A stretch of 64,000 bases of DNA from Dehalococcoidia bacterium (GTDB taxonomy: Bacteria; Chloroflexota; Dehalococcoidia; Lucifugimonadales; UBA3495): assembly GCA_965115825.1 (NCBI GenBank), contig OZ220464.1, positions 1,668,437 to 1,732,436 on the forward strand. Direction: 5' to 3'. Positions 1 to 9,329 of the stretch are shown piece by piece. Under the pieces are notes generated by a model. It searched no databases. It saw nothing but the letters and a program-made list of their open reading frames with translations, and was not told where the DNA came from. Numbering within the stretch: position 1 is the stretch's first letter; each line of letters begins with the position of its first letter. The position numbers and the translations under genes are program-made.

Positions 1-325
1 GTTCTTGCACTGAGCGTTCGAGTTCGTAGCAGGCGGCTTTGCCGAGCCAGGGGTCGACGGAGGCGAAGCCCATGAATTGGTTGGGATGGTCGTTGACGAT
101 GCTGGCGACCCAGTCGTTGCTGTCGGGCTTTTCGCCGGTGTTGGTGGTGGTGTCGACGGAGAAGATGACGCCGAAGAGGTCTAACTCACGGAACTTGCGG
201 GCCATTTCAGCGGGGTCTGTGGGAGGGGGAGGGGCGCGGAAATAGCGTAGGAGCTCGGCTTCAATTGCGATTTCGGGCAGGCCGGGTTCGCGGGGGACGT
301 GGATGTGCAGATCGATGGCTTGCAT
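1..325 (-). CDS. amidohydrolase-family (metal-dependent TIM-barrel hydrolase) protein, partial; runs off the left edge
   Basis: Own translation from ATG at 325..323: MQAIDLHIHVPREPG...MARKFRELDLFGVIFSVDTT...NDHPNQFMGFASVDPWLGKAACYELERSVQE. It stays open to position 1, and is absent from the ORF track because there is no stop in the window. It has an N-terminal D-x-H-x-H metal motif and an HPxxFxGFAxVDP segment typical of this family. Confidence 0.5.
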   Translation of the reverse strand, partial: MQAIDLHIHVPREPGLPEIAIEAELLRYFRAPPPPTDPAEMARKFRELDLFGVIFSVDTTTNTGEKPDSNDWVASIVNDHPNQFMGFASVDPWLGKAACYELERSVQE

Positions 326-346
326 GGCAGGGTTCGGTTCTCCGCG

Positions 347-676
347 CTATTTGGGAGGCAGGGCGGCGGCGAATTCTGCGCCGGCGGCAACCCATTGGGA
401 CAAGTCGGCGTCGGAGACTAATCCGGGGGGCGCAACGAGGACCCAGCCGCGCATGGGTCGGCCGGTAAGGTCCATCAGCCCGGCGTGAGGCTGAGCGAGG
501 GCGTCGGCGTAGGCGTGGGGGCCGACGCGGACCATGAGGCCGTGGTTGGTCAGGCAACAGCACATATTGCCGTTGAGCATAAAGGCAAGGCCGCCGAACA
601 TTTTGCGTTGGGCCAGCTCGGGATGGTGGGAGAGGTTGGCGCGGATGCGGTCGGCCAGGGTTTCGTCGTAAGCCAT
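347..676 (-). CDS. TfoX N-terminal domain protein
   Basis: Part of ORF 347..805(-). From the internal ATG at 676 it reads MAYDETLADRIRANL...KMFGGLAFMLNGNMCC...MVRVGP, the TfoX_N-like pattern. The upstream part of the ORF is low-complexity. Confidence 0.55.
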   Translation of the reverse strand: MAYDETLADRIRANLSHHPELAQRKMFGGLAFMLNGNMCCCLTNHGLMVRVGPHAYADALAQPHAGLMDLTGRPMRGWVLVAPPGLVSDADLSQWVAAGAEFAAALPPK

Positions 677-698
677 TGGCTGATGGGGTTGGAGTTGG

Positions 699-1304
699 CT
701 AGGGCTGGCGCCCCATGTAAGCGATGAGTTTGTCCTGGGGGCTGGCGTGGTCGGGGAGGGGGATTTCCGGGCCGATGAATCCGGCTTGGCGGCCCATGTC
801 GACAAAGCCGCCGGAGGTCAGCATACCGTAGGCGAAATCGACCAGGTTGGGATCGAGGGCAGTGTCCTGGCCGGTGGCTTTGGCCAAGTCCCAGCCGTGG
901 ATGAACTGGTCCATGGTGGTGCCGATGAAGATTTGGCTGACGGTCATTTCGCCGAAGTAGGGAGTGGTGACGACGCCATCCAGGGCGCCGGGCCGGAGGG
1001 CGGACTGTAGTACCTGGTCAAGGATGGTGTGGTAGGCCTGGATGAGGACGGTAATGTCCGGCTCGTTGACATAGCTGCTGTCGGCGTCGGCGATACGGAG
1101 GTTGGGGGGATTGCCGGCGATGCTGCCGGCGGTGAATTCGAGGCCGCCGATGAGGTGGTTGAGCAGGCCGCGCACGTCCCATTGGGAGCAAGGGGTGGGG
1201 TCATTGGCCTGGGAGGGCTTGACGCCGGCGACGACTTCCTTGACGCGGAGGGTGGTTTCGCGGAGCATTGCAACCGGGTCTGAGGTTGGGGATTCGGTAG
1301 TCAT
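699..1304 (-). CDS. DinB-superfamily / mycothiol maleylpyruvate isomerase N-terminal domain-like protein
   Basis: ORF 699..1358(-), likely starting at the ATG at 1304 (MTTESPTSDPVAMLRETT...). The W-x-V-R-x-L-L-N-H-L motif and overall layout resemble the TIGR03086/DinB fold. Confidence 0.5.
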   Translation of the reverse strand: MTTESPTSDPVAMLRETTLRVKEVVAGVKPSQANDPTPCSQWDVRGLLNHLIGGLEFTAGSIAGNPPNLRIADADSSYVNEPDITVLIQAYHTILDQVLQSALRPGALDGVVTTPYFGEMTVSQIFIGTTMDQFIHGWDLAKATGQDTALDPNLVDFAYGMLTSGGFVDMGRQAGFIGPEIPLPDHASPQDKLIAYMGRQP

Positions 1305-1318
1305 AACTGCCTCTCCGG

Positions 1319-3178
1319 TTAGAAGACTTGTGGGCAGGGACGGGTGAATACGTCCCATTTGTCGTTGGCGGCGTCGTAGCGGGAGTTAACGAAGACGCGC
1401 CAGTTGGGTTCGTCCATGTCGGGGTAGTCGCTGCGGTAGTAGAAGCCGGGCCAGCGGGTTTCCTTGCGGTGGAGCATATGGCGGAGGTGGGCTTCGGCGA
1501 CCCAGGCGCGATGGATGAGTTCGTGGCAGCGGAGGAGTTCGTGTCGGTTGCGGGCGGCGAGTTTGTCTAGGTCTTCGCGGAGCATTCCCATGAGTTCCAG
1601 GCCGCGGAGCATGGTTGCTTCGTTGGTGGTGAAGCCGGCGGAGACGCCGGCGACGTATTCGTCCATGAGTTTTTGGAGGCGGAAGAGGCCCTGGCGCGGG
1701 AGGAGGTAGTTGGGGTTGACCTCCGGGTTGGTGGAGGCGTATTGATTTTGCTCGAAGGTAACCATGGGGGCCCATGCCTGGCGTCTGAGCTCGTCGATTT
1801 TGCGGTCGTCGACTTTGGGAGGGGCGGAATGATCCAGGGCGTAGATGACGGCGGATTTGCCGGCGAGTCGGCCTTCGGTGAAGGAGCCGGAGGAGAATTT
1901 GTGGGGGCAGGCGCCCACGCCGTCGCCGGCGGCAAAAAGGCCGCTGACGGTGGTCATTTTGCTGTATCCCCAGTGGTAGCCGTCGGGGGCGACGTCGTCG
2001 GGGCCGCTGACCCAGGCGCCGGATTCGCCGCTGTGGCTGCCCATGATGTAGGGTTCGGCGAGGACAACTTCGGAGGGGCGTTCTTCGGGGGCGATGTTGT
2101 GAGCGGCCCAGAGGATGGCCTGGGAGATGGTCATGTCGAGGAAGTCTTCCCAAGCTTCGGAGATGATGTCGCGCTTGCGGTTTTCGTCGCCGGAGGCGAG
2201 GGCGTCGATGGCTTCGGGGGTTTTGAGCATGATGGGGCCGTTGCCGGCCTGGATTTCGGTCCAGAGGAGGTGGTTGCGCAGGGGGGTGGGTGTGGGGAAA
2301 GCGGAGCCGTAGGGGTCGTACTTTTTGAGTTCGGGGAGGCGGTTGACGAAGTAGTTTTCGCCGGCGGCGTTGGTGAGGTCGGCGCGGAAGAGCTGGGACC
2401 AGGCGCCGACGGGGCCGTAGGAGTCTTTGAAGCGGCTGGGGACGAAGCGGTGTTCCATCTGGGTCATTTCGCCGCCGACAGGGATGATGAGGCCATAGAC
2501 GGATCCGGTGTCAAAGATGGAGTACCAGGTGCGGCCCATGCCTTCGCCAACGCTGCGGGGACGGAAGACGGCGGTGGCGCCGCCGGCGGCGCTGATGACG
2601 GAGCGGGCTTTGAAGATGTAGATGACGTCTTCGCGGACGCCGAAGCCGACGGCGCCGGCGACGCGGTTGGGGTCGTCGGCGTCGGTAAAGAGATGGGAGA
2701 TGAAGACACGCTCGTAGTGGTTGTCCGGGCCGAGGGCTTTTTTGGCGGCCTCGGCGACGATGGGCTTGTAGGCTTCGCCGTGGATCATGACCTGCCAGCG
2801 GCCTTCGCGGATGTAGAGGCCATCGTCGTCGTACCAGAAGGGGAGGCCCCATTCTTCGAACATATGGACGCTGCTGTCGACGTGGCGGGCGACGTCATAG
2901 ACGAGGTCTTCGCGGGAGACGCCCATCATGTCGTTGCGGACGTATTCGACATAGTCTTCGGGTTGGTTCCAGCCGTGGCGCATACCCATGTACATGTTGA
3001 TGGCGGAGAGGCCTTCGCCGACGGCGCCGCTGCGGTCGGTGGCGGCTTTGTCGACCATGACGATGCGGAGGTCGCCGCCGCCCCAGTAACGGGCTTCGAT
3101 GGCGGCGCCACAGCCGGCCATGCCGCCGCCGATGATGAGGACATCGGATTCAACGATTCGGGTAGTAGGTTCGGGCAT
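1319..3178 (-). CDS. aprA: adenylylsulfate (APS) reductase alpha subunit-like flavoprotein
   Basis: 619-aa ORF with the N-terminal FAD motif DVLIIGGGMAGCGAA. Segments LSAINMYMG, VRNDMMGVSREDLVYDVARHVDSSVHMFEEWGLPFW and GDGVGACPHKFSSGS are AprA-like. A GAGGAGAAA RBS lies upstream and the gene is paired with the aprB-like gene. Confidence 0.7.
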   Translation of the reverse strand: MPEPTTRIVESDVLIIGGGMAGCGAAIEARYWGGGDLRIVMVDKAATDRSGAVGEGLSAINMYMGMRHGWNQPEDYVEYVRNDMMGVSREDLVYDVARHVDSSVHMFEEWGLPFWYDDDGLYIREGRWQVMIHGEAYKPIVAEAAKKALGPDNHYERVFISHLFTDADDPNRVAGAVGFGVREDVIYIFKARSVISAAGGATAVFRPRSVGEGMGRTWYSIFDTGSVYGLIIPVGGEMTQMEHRFVPSRFKDSYGPVGAWSQLFRADLTNAAGENYFVNRLPELKKYDPYGSAFPTPTPLRNHLLWTEIQAGNGPIMLKTPEAIDALASGDENRKRDIISEAWEDFLDMTISQAILWAAHNIAPEERPSEVVLAEPYIMGSHSGESGAWVSGPDDVAPDGYHWGYSKMTTVSGLFAAGDGVGACPHKFSSGSFTEGRLAGKSAVIYALDHSAPPKVDDRKIDELRRQAWAPMVTFEQNQYASTNPEVNPNYLLPRQGLFRLQKLMDEYVAGVSAGFTTNEATMLRGLELMGMLREDLDKLAARNRHELLRCHELIHRAWVAEAHLRHMLHRKETRWPGFYYRSDYPDMDEPNWRVFVNSRYDAANDKWDVFTRPCPQVF

Positions 3179-3283
3179 TTGGGGGTTTCTCCTCTTAGGA
3201 TAGGTCGGTTCAAGCGGAGCGTGTGTTTGCGGCGGGCGGCAGTATAGCAGATTGGGGTAGGATGGCGGGCAGGCAGCGGCGTA

Positions 3284-3649
3284 TCAGCCGAGGCTTTCCA
3301 AAGCCGCGATAAACTCGGAGATTATATTATTTCCGTGGCGGATAGCGTCGGCCGAGGGCGGCCATGCGTAAGACTCCTGACGGTATGCTGAAGCCATCAT
3401 ATACTGACCGAACAGATGCTGTAGCGCACCTTCTTCGCTGATTAAGCGTTCCATTGTTTGCTGGAGCAGCGCATCGTGATGGGGCCAACCGCGGGTTTCG
3501 GCGGTGGCTTTGATGGCGCGGGCGGCGGCTCCCCAGAGTTTGTTGCTGGCTTCTTCCAGTTCTCCGCGGGCGAGTTCGTCGTCCACGAGGCTGAGGAAAT
3601 GCCAGCTGCGTTCGCGGTGGTAGGCGATGGCGTCGGTGGCGGTGGTCAT
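3284..3649 (-). CDS. small helical protein of unknown function (tentatively HEPN/PaREP1-like)
   Basis: C-terminal 121 aa of ORF 3284..3994(-), from the ATG at 3649 (MTTATDAIAYHRERSWHFL...EEASNKLWGAAARAIKATAE...). The start lies 5 nt after the aprB stop and the gene sits between aprB and aprA. The family assignment rests on memory of the KxWGAxxxxxKA motif only. Confidence 0.4.
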   Translation of the reverse strand: MTTATDAIAYHRERSWHFLSLVDDELARGELEEASNKLWGAAARAIKATAETRGWPHHDALLQQTMERLISEEGALQHLFGQYMMASAYRQESYAWPPSADAIRHGNNIISEFIAALESLG

Positions 3650-3653
3650 GAGG

Positions 3654-4091
3654 TCAGGCTGATTCGGGGAGTTTGAGGTACTCGGGTTCGCCGAAGAGGG
3701 CGGTGGTACGGAGATTGTCGGGGTCGGCCGGGGCGACGTTGGCGTAGGGGTCGATGCTGCCCCAAGGGGTGGAACGGGAGGCGAAGCGGAAATGTTCGGT
3801 GCGTCCGTCGCGGAAGGTGACGTTCCAGACGATGTCCTGGCCTTCGTAGTGGGGCTGGACTTCGGCGCCGAGGGGGACGAAGTCGGCGTAGCCGCGGACG
3901 TGGATGGCGTTTTCGGGGCAGAGTTTGACGCAGGCGTAGCACTCGGAGCACATATCGGGTTCCTGGTTGAGGCTTTTTTGGGTGACCTGGTCAAGGGTCA
4001 TGAGGTCATTGGGGCAGATATAGACGCACTGGGGGCCGCCGTTGACGCTGGCGCAGGAGTTGCAGGCAACGGGGTCAACGTAGGTTGGCAT
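3654..4091 (-). CDS. aprB: adenylylsulfate reductase beta subunit-like iron-sulfur protein
   Basis: From the ATG at 4091 it reads MPTYVDPVACNSCASVNGGPQCVYICPNDLM...CSECYACVKLCPENAI, with two 4Fe-4S Cys clusters and an AprB-like C-terminal tail. A GGAGGAA RBS lies upstream. Confidence 0.7.
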   Translation of the reverse strand: MPTYVDPVACNSCASVNGGPQCVYICPNDLMTLDQVTQKSLNQEPDMCSECYACVKLCPENAIHVRGYADFVPLGAEVQPHYEGQDIVWNVTFRDGRTEHFRFASRSTPWGSIDPYANVAPADPDNLRTTALFGEPEYLKLPESA

Positions 4092-4375
4092 TGGTGGTTC
4101 CTCCGGTGGACGTAGAAAATGAGAGGCGGCGAAAAAGTCCGATGGCAATTGTATCATCAAGTCGCAGGCGGGGGTTAGGGATTAGCGGACGCGGTTGAGG
4201 GTTTGGACGGGTGGATCCTGAGGCGATTGGCCAGAGGCGATCATTTTTGCGCGCGCCCGGTCGATGGCGGGTAATCTCGCGGTGATTGGGCGGAGGTGGT
4301 TGGAGGATTGATTGGCGCGCGGTTGGCGGGCGTGCTACCATAATGGGCGTTGAAAGGAAGGATGGGGTTGGCATT

Positions 4376-6259
4376 ATGAAGCAGCAGAGTATCCGCAATT
4401 TTTGCATTATCGCTCACATTGACCACGGGAAGTCCACTTTGGCCGACCGCCTGCTGGAGATAACGGGCACGGTGCGGCCGCAGGACATGAAGGCGCAGTT
4501 TCTGGATCAGATGGAGCTGGAACGGGAGCGGGGCATTACGATAAAGGGCAAGGCGGTTACGATGTCGCATGGGGTGAAGGGGGGCGACTATGCGGGGGAG
4601 TATCAGCTGAACCTGATTGACACGCCGGGTCATGTGGATTTTTCCTATGAGGTTTCCCGGGCGCTGGCGGCTTGCGAGGGCGCGCTGCTGGTGGTGGACG
4701 CTACGCAGGGGGTGGAGGCGCAGACCATCGCCAACACGCTGCTGGCAATGGAGTATGACCTGGAGTTGATTCCAGTCATTAATAAGGTTGACTTACCGTC
4801 GGCGGAGCCGGAGCGGGTGGCGGCGGAGATGGAGCAGATTTTCGGGTTTCGCCGGGATGAGGTGATGTTCGTGTCGGCGAAGTCAGGGGTGGGCTGCACG
4901 GAGCTGCTGGACGCGATTGTGGAGCGGGTGCCATCGCCGGCCGGCGGGGAGGAGGAGCCGTTCCGGGCGCTGGTGTTTGACTCTACGTATGACACTTACA
5001 AGGGCATTATCGCATATGTGCGGGTTGCCGACGGGGGCATTGCGGCCAGCGACCGGCTGCGGGTGATGTCGTCGGGGAAGTGGGTGGAGATTATGGAGGT
5101 GGGGGTGTTCGCGCCGGAACCTACGCCCACCGGGTCGCTGGGGGCGGGACAGGTGGGATACGTGGCGACCGGGTTTAAGGATGTACAGGAGTGCGCGGTT
5201 GGCGATACGCTGACGAACCACGCCGAACCGGCGGAGGAGCCGCTGCCGGGGTACGTGGAGTTGAAGTCCATGGTGTTTGCGGGGCTGTATCCGGCGGACG
5301 GGGAGGACTATACCCGGCTGAGGGCGGCACTGGAGAAGCTGAAGCTCAATGACGCCTCGCTGACGATTGAGCCGGAGAACAGCGGGGCGCTGGGTTTTGG
5401 GTTCCGCTGCGGGTTTCTGGGGTTGGTGCATCTGGAAATCGTGCAGGAAAGGCTGGAGCGGGAGTATGACCTGGATTTGATTGTCACTGCGCCGAGCGTG
5501 GCTTACGAGGTGCTGCTGACCAACGGCGATCTGCTGCGGGTGGATAATCCGTCGCTGCTGCCGCAGCCTAATGCTATTTCGGAAGTGCGGGAGCCGATTT
5601 TGGGCGTTACCATCGTTGCGCCGAGCCGGGCGGTGGGGGCGGTGATGGAGCTGATGCACGCGCGCCGCTCTGAGTTTCGCCGTATGGAGTACATACAGGG
5701 CATCGGAGGGAAGCCGTCGGGCGGCGACGGGAAGGAGAGCGCTGATAATGAGAGGGGCGACAATGAGCAGACGCGGGTGGTGATGGAGTACACGATGCCG
5801 CTGTCGGAGATGCTGGCTGATTTTTACAATCAGCTGAAATCGCGGACGCAGGGGTACGCATCGCTGGACTATACGTTTGAGGGTTACCGGGCGGCGCCGC
5901 TGGTGCGGATTGACATTCTGGTGAACCAGACGCCGGTGGAGGCGCTGAGCATGATCAGCCACCGGGATCATGCGGTGGCGCAAGGGCGCACTATTGTGGA
6001 GAAGTTGCGGACGACGATTCCGCGTCAGATGTTTGAGGTGCCCATCCAGGCGGCTATCGGCAGCCGGATTGTGGCGCGGGAGACGGTGCGGGCGATGCGT
6101 AAGGACGTGCTGTCCAAATGCTACGGGGGGGACATTACTCGGAAGCGGAAGCTGCTGGAAAAGCAGAAGGAAGGCAAGAAGCGGATGAAGCGGGTGGGGC
6201 GGGTAGAAGTGCCGCAGGAGGCGTTTTTGAGTTTGCTGCGGATGGGGGAGGAGGGGTAG
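4376..6259 (+). CDS. lepA: translation elongation factor 4 (LepA)
   Basis: [28 protein letters not shown]...DTPGHVDF...NKVDL G-domain motifs and the LepA C-terminal region ([28 protein letters not shown]). The ATG at 4376 follows GAAAGGAAGGA. Confidence 0.95.
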   Translation: MKQQSIRNFCIIAHIDHGKSTLADRLLEITGTVRPQDMKAQFLDQMELERERGITIKGKAVTMSHGVKGGDYAGEYQLNLIDTPGHVDFSYEVSRALAACEGALLVVDATQGVEAQTIANTLLAMEYDLELIPVINKVDLPSAEPERVAAEMEQIFGFRRDEVMFVSAKSGVGCTELLDAIVERVPSPAGGEEEPFRALVFDSTYDTYKGIIAYVRVADGGIAASDRLRVMSSGKWVEIMEVGVFAPEPTPTGSLGAGQVGYVATGFKDVQECAVGDTLTNHAEPAEEPLPGYVELKSMVFAGLYPADGEDYTRLRAALEKLKLNDASLTIEPENSGALGFGFRCGFLGLVHLEIVQERLEREYDLDLIVTAPSVAYEVLLTNGDLLRVDNPSLLPQPNAISEVREPILGVTIVAPSRAVGAVMELMHARRSEFRRMEYIQGIGGKPSGGDGKESADNERGDNEQTRVVMEYTMPLSEMLADFYNQLKSRTQGYASLDYTFEGYRAAPLVRIDILVNQTPVEALSMISHRDHAVAQGRTIVEKLRTTIPRQMFEVPIQAAIGSRIVARETVRAMRKDVLSKCYGGDITRKRKLLEKQKEGKKRMKRVGRVEVPQEAFLSLLRMGEEG

Positions 6260-6263
6260 GGGG

Positions 6264-6968
6264 ATGCCGATACCGACTCATGGGGCCAATTGCAAAACCC
6301 TGATATATTCATGGGATTGCCCCAGTTGCAGAGTGGCGATATACCATCTGCGTTGCAATCACGGGTCAAGCGTCTTCCTGGACGATAACGCTCCGCCGTG
6401 GCCTGTCCACTGCTGTGGGAGAGGGGAGCAGTCTGTCAGACCGCCGTGGCTAGACGAAGTGGAGAGGATTTCCTACACGGATGGTCGCAAAGCAGCGACC
6501 GGGATTCCTGGTTTGGACTACCTCGTGAGGCCAGGCTTCGCTGCTAGTGGCAACCTTGTTCCGTCTGGGAAGAAGAGCCAAAAGCCGCGAAACCCGGCTC
6601 CCGACCTGATAGTTCCAGCACCACCGGGGGAAGGGGAAACACGGGAGTTCAGCGGCGTGCTTCGTGAGGTTGACAGCAACATCAACCATATGAAGGCGTT
6701 TGGTTACGGTGATGACGGGCCGATGGCGGTTGCGATGGCACAGGCCATGTTGGGGGAAAGGTGGGTCAACGAGTTTGGGCGCATAACGGTGCATACTCCG
6801 CGCCCTGATAGTAGCCAGCAGGAAAGCTATACTGCGTGGGTTCCAGCGGAGCGGATCAGAGGCCGCCGGATCAAGCGTGGGATCACAGTGTCGGTTAAGC
6901 TGGTCAGCGTTGATGTGAGCGATCTCTGCCGAGGTTGGTATTGCGACGACTTCCAAGTGGTCGGGTGA
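6264..6968 (+). CDS. hypothetical Cys/His-rich protein
   Basis: 234-aa ORF starting 5 nt after the lepA stop. The N-terminus carries clustered Cys/His (CKTLIYSWDCPSCRVAIYHLRCNH...HCC). I recognise no family, and GC content looks lower than in flanking genes. Confidence 0.35.
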   Translation: MPIPTHGANCKTLIYSWDCPSCRVAIYHLRCNHGSSVFLDDNAPPWPVHCCGRGEQSVRPPWLDEVERISYTDGRKAATGIPGLDYLVRPGFAASGNLVPSGKKSQKPRNPAPDLIVPAPPGEGETREFSGVLREVDSNINHMKAFGYGDDGPMAVAMAQAMLGERWVNEFGRITVHTPRPDSSQQESYTAWVPAERIRGRRIKRGITVSVKLVSVDVSDLCRGWYCDDFQVVG

Positions 6969-7131
6969 GCGCTACGTCAGGGTTAGGTGAATATCGGCGT
7001 CGGCTGCCCTGACGGCGGAGGTTTGTACCCGATGAGGCTGGCCACTGAAATGTCGCTGACGGCAGGGATGTCGGCGCAGTCAGCGCGGGGTATAGCCATG
7101 TTCGGGCGAGGCGGCGATGGTGTGGGATGGG

Positions 7132-8139
7132 TTATTGGTTTGGGGGCTGCCGGTTCCATTGTTGGGCGCGCTGGGTGAATATGGTTGGGTCGGCGCGCCA
7201 TTCGGGGTACCCGATGCGGCGGTGGTCGGTGAGCCAGTCGATGCGCTCGTTGAGCAGGGCCAGCAGCTCGGCGTTGTCGGCGGCTACGGTGAAGCCGCCG
7301 TACTCAACAAGGCTGTCGAGGGCGGTGACGGTGAAGTGGCCGTTGGAACTATGTACGGCGCTGATGTTGGCAATTTCCTCGCGGGCCACTGCGTCGACTT
7401 CGCGGTTTTGCAGCATCCGGTTCAGGAGGGCTTCGCCGGAGTTGTCGGGCAGATAGGCTATTTGCGGCATGGCGTCGTTGGGTGGATAGATGTGGCGCCG
7501 TTGTGCAAGGCTGGGAGAGGAGCCGGCGGCGGTGATGGAGTAGTCGGGGCTGCCGTCGGAGATGATATCGCCGGCGTCGGTTGCGACGCGGACGCCGGCA
7601 GCCAGGACGCCGTTGTCGTCGGTCAGGCCGGTCAGAATGAGCAGGCGGGCTTCGTTGGTGGTGTCAGCGCCGACGCCAACGATTACATCGGAGGTTAGAC
7701 TGTCGTAGGAGGAGAGGCGGTGGGCGTCTTCGGTTCGCACTTGGAGGGATTGGCGAAAGGCGATGTGGCCGTTGGTGAAGGCGACAACCGTTTGGCCGTC
7801 GGCGTTGCGGGTGCGGGCGTCTCGGATGGTGATGCCGCCGGCGATGATGTCGTACTGATCTTCGGCCGATTTCAGCCAGATGCCCGGCCATTCGAGAATG
7901 GCGCGGCGGTTGAAGGAGATAGCGTCGCCATCCATGGCGGCTATTGCGGTGAGCAGGTCGGCTTCGTAGCCGAGGTGGGTGTTGAATCCGGCGTCGTCGG
8001 GGTCGGAGCTGGCGTTGTAGCTTACTGAGTCGTATGAGGGGCTGAAGCCCACGTTCAGTGTCCGGGGCTGGCTGGAGCAGGCAGCCGGAATCAAGATAAG
8101 CAGAGACAGGGCGACAATGGCAATGAGAAGGCGCGGCAT
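7132..8139 (-). CDS. solute-binding protein family 3-like lipoprotein
   Basis: From the ATG at 8139 it reads MPRLLIAIVALSLLILIPAACSS, a signal peptide plus lipobox. The YDIIAGGITIRDART segment resembles type-3 periplasmic binding proteins. Confidence 0.55.
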   Translation of the reverse strand: MPRLLIAIVALSLLILIPAACSSQPRTLNVGFSPSYDSVSYNASSDPDDAGFNTHLGYEADLLTAIAAMDGDAISFNRRAILEWPGIWLKSAEDQYDIIAGGITIRDARTRNADGQTVVAFTNGHIAFRQSLQVRTEDAHRLSSYDSLTSDVIVGVGADTTNEARLLILTGLTDDNGVLAAGVRVATDAGDIISDGSPDYSITAAGSSPSLAQRRHIYPPNDAMPQIAYLPDNSGEALLNRMLQNREVDAVAREEIANISAVHSSNGHFTVTALDSLVEYGGFTVAADNAELLALLNERIDWLTDHRRIGYPEWRADPTIFTQRAQQWNRQPPNQ

Positions 8140-8150
8140 CAGCAAGGCGG

Positions 8151-8633
8151 TTACACTCCGAGGGTTTCGCGGATGGCGCGGAGTTGGTTCAGGTGCTCGC
8201 TCCAATGCCGTTCCAAGCCGTCGATGAAGGCCTGGGCGGTGCGGATTTCGTGGATGTTGCGGTGGGGGAAGTGAGCGACGGCGGTTCGGGCCATGAAGTC
8301 GGCGTCAGATGCGGCGGCGATGGCGTCTTCGGCAGTTTGGAGGATGGCGAGGGGGCAGGCCAGGGCCTGGTGGATGTCGGCAGCGAGGCGTTCGGGGGTG
8401 ATGTTGTTGGCGTCGGGCAGGATGGTTATTTCGGAGAGGGAGCCGTGGAGAACGCCAGCGATGACGCTGCCGATGCCGTTTTCCGGGGTGTCGACCAGGT
8501 GGTAGAGTATTTCACGGGCGGACCAGTTGTCGCCATCTTTCCAGTCCAAGCAGTAATCCATGCCCTCGAGCAGGGCAGTGAGTTGGCTACGGATGTGGCG
8601 GACGGTGGCGAGGTTTAGGTCACGGGCTGACAT
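8151..8633 (-). CDS. DinB family protein
   Basis: From the ATG at 8633 it reads MSARDLNLATVRHIRSQL...WSAREILYHLVD...HWSEHLNQL, a DinB-like four-helix His pattern. Confidence 0.55.
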   Translation of the reverse strand: MSARDLNLATVRHIRSQLTALLEGMDYCLDWKDGDNWSAREILYHLVDTPENGIGSVIAGVLHGSLSEITILPDANNITPERLAADIHQALACPLAILQTAEDAIAAASDADFMARTAVAHFPHRNIHEIRTAQAFIDGLERHWSEHLNQLRAIRETLGV

Positions 8634-9321
8634 ATTGGGGTTCTCCCTGGGGGGTTTTGAGGAGTCCGGCGGCGAGCCAGAGGCCGCTGACGATGAGCCA
8701 GAAGAGGAAGGCGATGCCGGATACACGGTGCATCAGGGTGGCGGCGTCAACCCAGATGAGGAGCATGGCGACGCCGATAATGAGGTCGGCGACGGCGGAG
8801 ATTTTGAGCAGGCCACCGATGCGCCACTGAGCCGGGGCGAGGGCAATCAGCGCGAGGCCGGCCAGGGTGAAGCCGAGTTTGCCGGCAATCCAGCGGGCGG
8901 CGTCCACCGACGGGATCCAGTCAGGGAGAGAGGGGAGAGATTGGTAGGCGGTCAGAGCGGCAGGTTCGGTTTCGGGGAGGGCGGCAGAGAGGGTCAGCAT
9001 ACAAGCGCCGGACACTGCCGTAGCAGTTCCTGACGCTTCGAGCAGCCGGCCGGAGACGTTTGCCGTCCAGTGGCGGCCGGTCATCGCCTGCCGCAGGAAA
9101 ACGGCGGCGGCGAGCAAGGCCAGCCCGGAGAGAACCCGGGCCGCGCCGGCGATGATATACAGGCCGGTGTCCATGATGATGGGGACTGGCAGGGCGGCAG
9201 CATCGGGTGGCTCTGAGCTAGAGGCAAGGCGGGACATCACCGACGCCGCTGTTGCCGCTGCGGTTAAGAGTAGCAGGAGGCCGGCGGTGCGGGCAGGGGT
9301 TATGGGGGGTATTATAGCCAT
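8620..9321 (-). CDS. hypothetical integral membrane protein
   Basis: 233-aa ORF with several hydrophobic helices. Its 3' end overlaps the downstream DinB start by 14 nt, which suggests an operon. Confidence 0.45.
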   Translation of the reverse strand: MAIIPPITPARTAGLLLLLTAAATAASVMSRLASSSEPPDAAALPVPIIMDTGLYIIAGAARVLSGLALLAAAVFLRQAMTGRHWTANVSGRLLEASGTATAVSGACMLTLSAALPETEPAALTAYQSLPSLPDWIPSVDAARWIAGKLGFTLAGLALIALAPAQWRIGGLLKISAVADLIIGVAMLLIWVDAATLMHRVSGIAFLFWLIVSGLWLAAGLLKTPQGEPQYVSP

Positions 9322-9329
9322 TGCAAGGG

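Noticed and set aside
1673-3247. Long antisense or alternate-frame ORFs inside clear genes. Examples are 1673..3247(+), 4883..5983(-), 45642..46562(-), 49840..51318(+), 56164..57516(+) and 60081..61985(-).
   Set aside because: Their Gly/Arg/Pro/Ala-rich low-complexity translations are typical of high-GC shadow ORFs. Each lies opposite or out of frame to a gene with recognisable family motifs.
5690-5790. Gly/Asp/Glu-rich insertion in LepA ([26 protein letters not shown]).
   Set aside because: This looks like a lineage-specific surface loop. It is in frame, with no repeat or mobile-element signature.
6450-6956. Minus-strand 168-aa ORF overlapping the Cys-rich gene.
   Set aside because: It has no motifs and no RBS context. 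The plus-strand ORF is longer, starts right after lepA and has a coherent Cys/His cluster.
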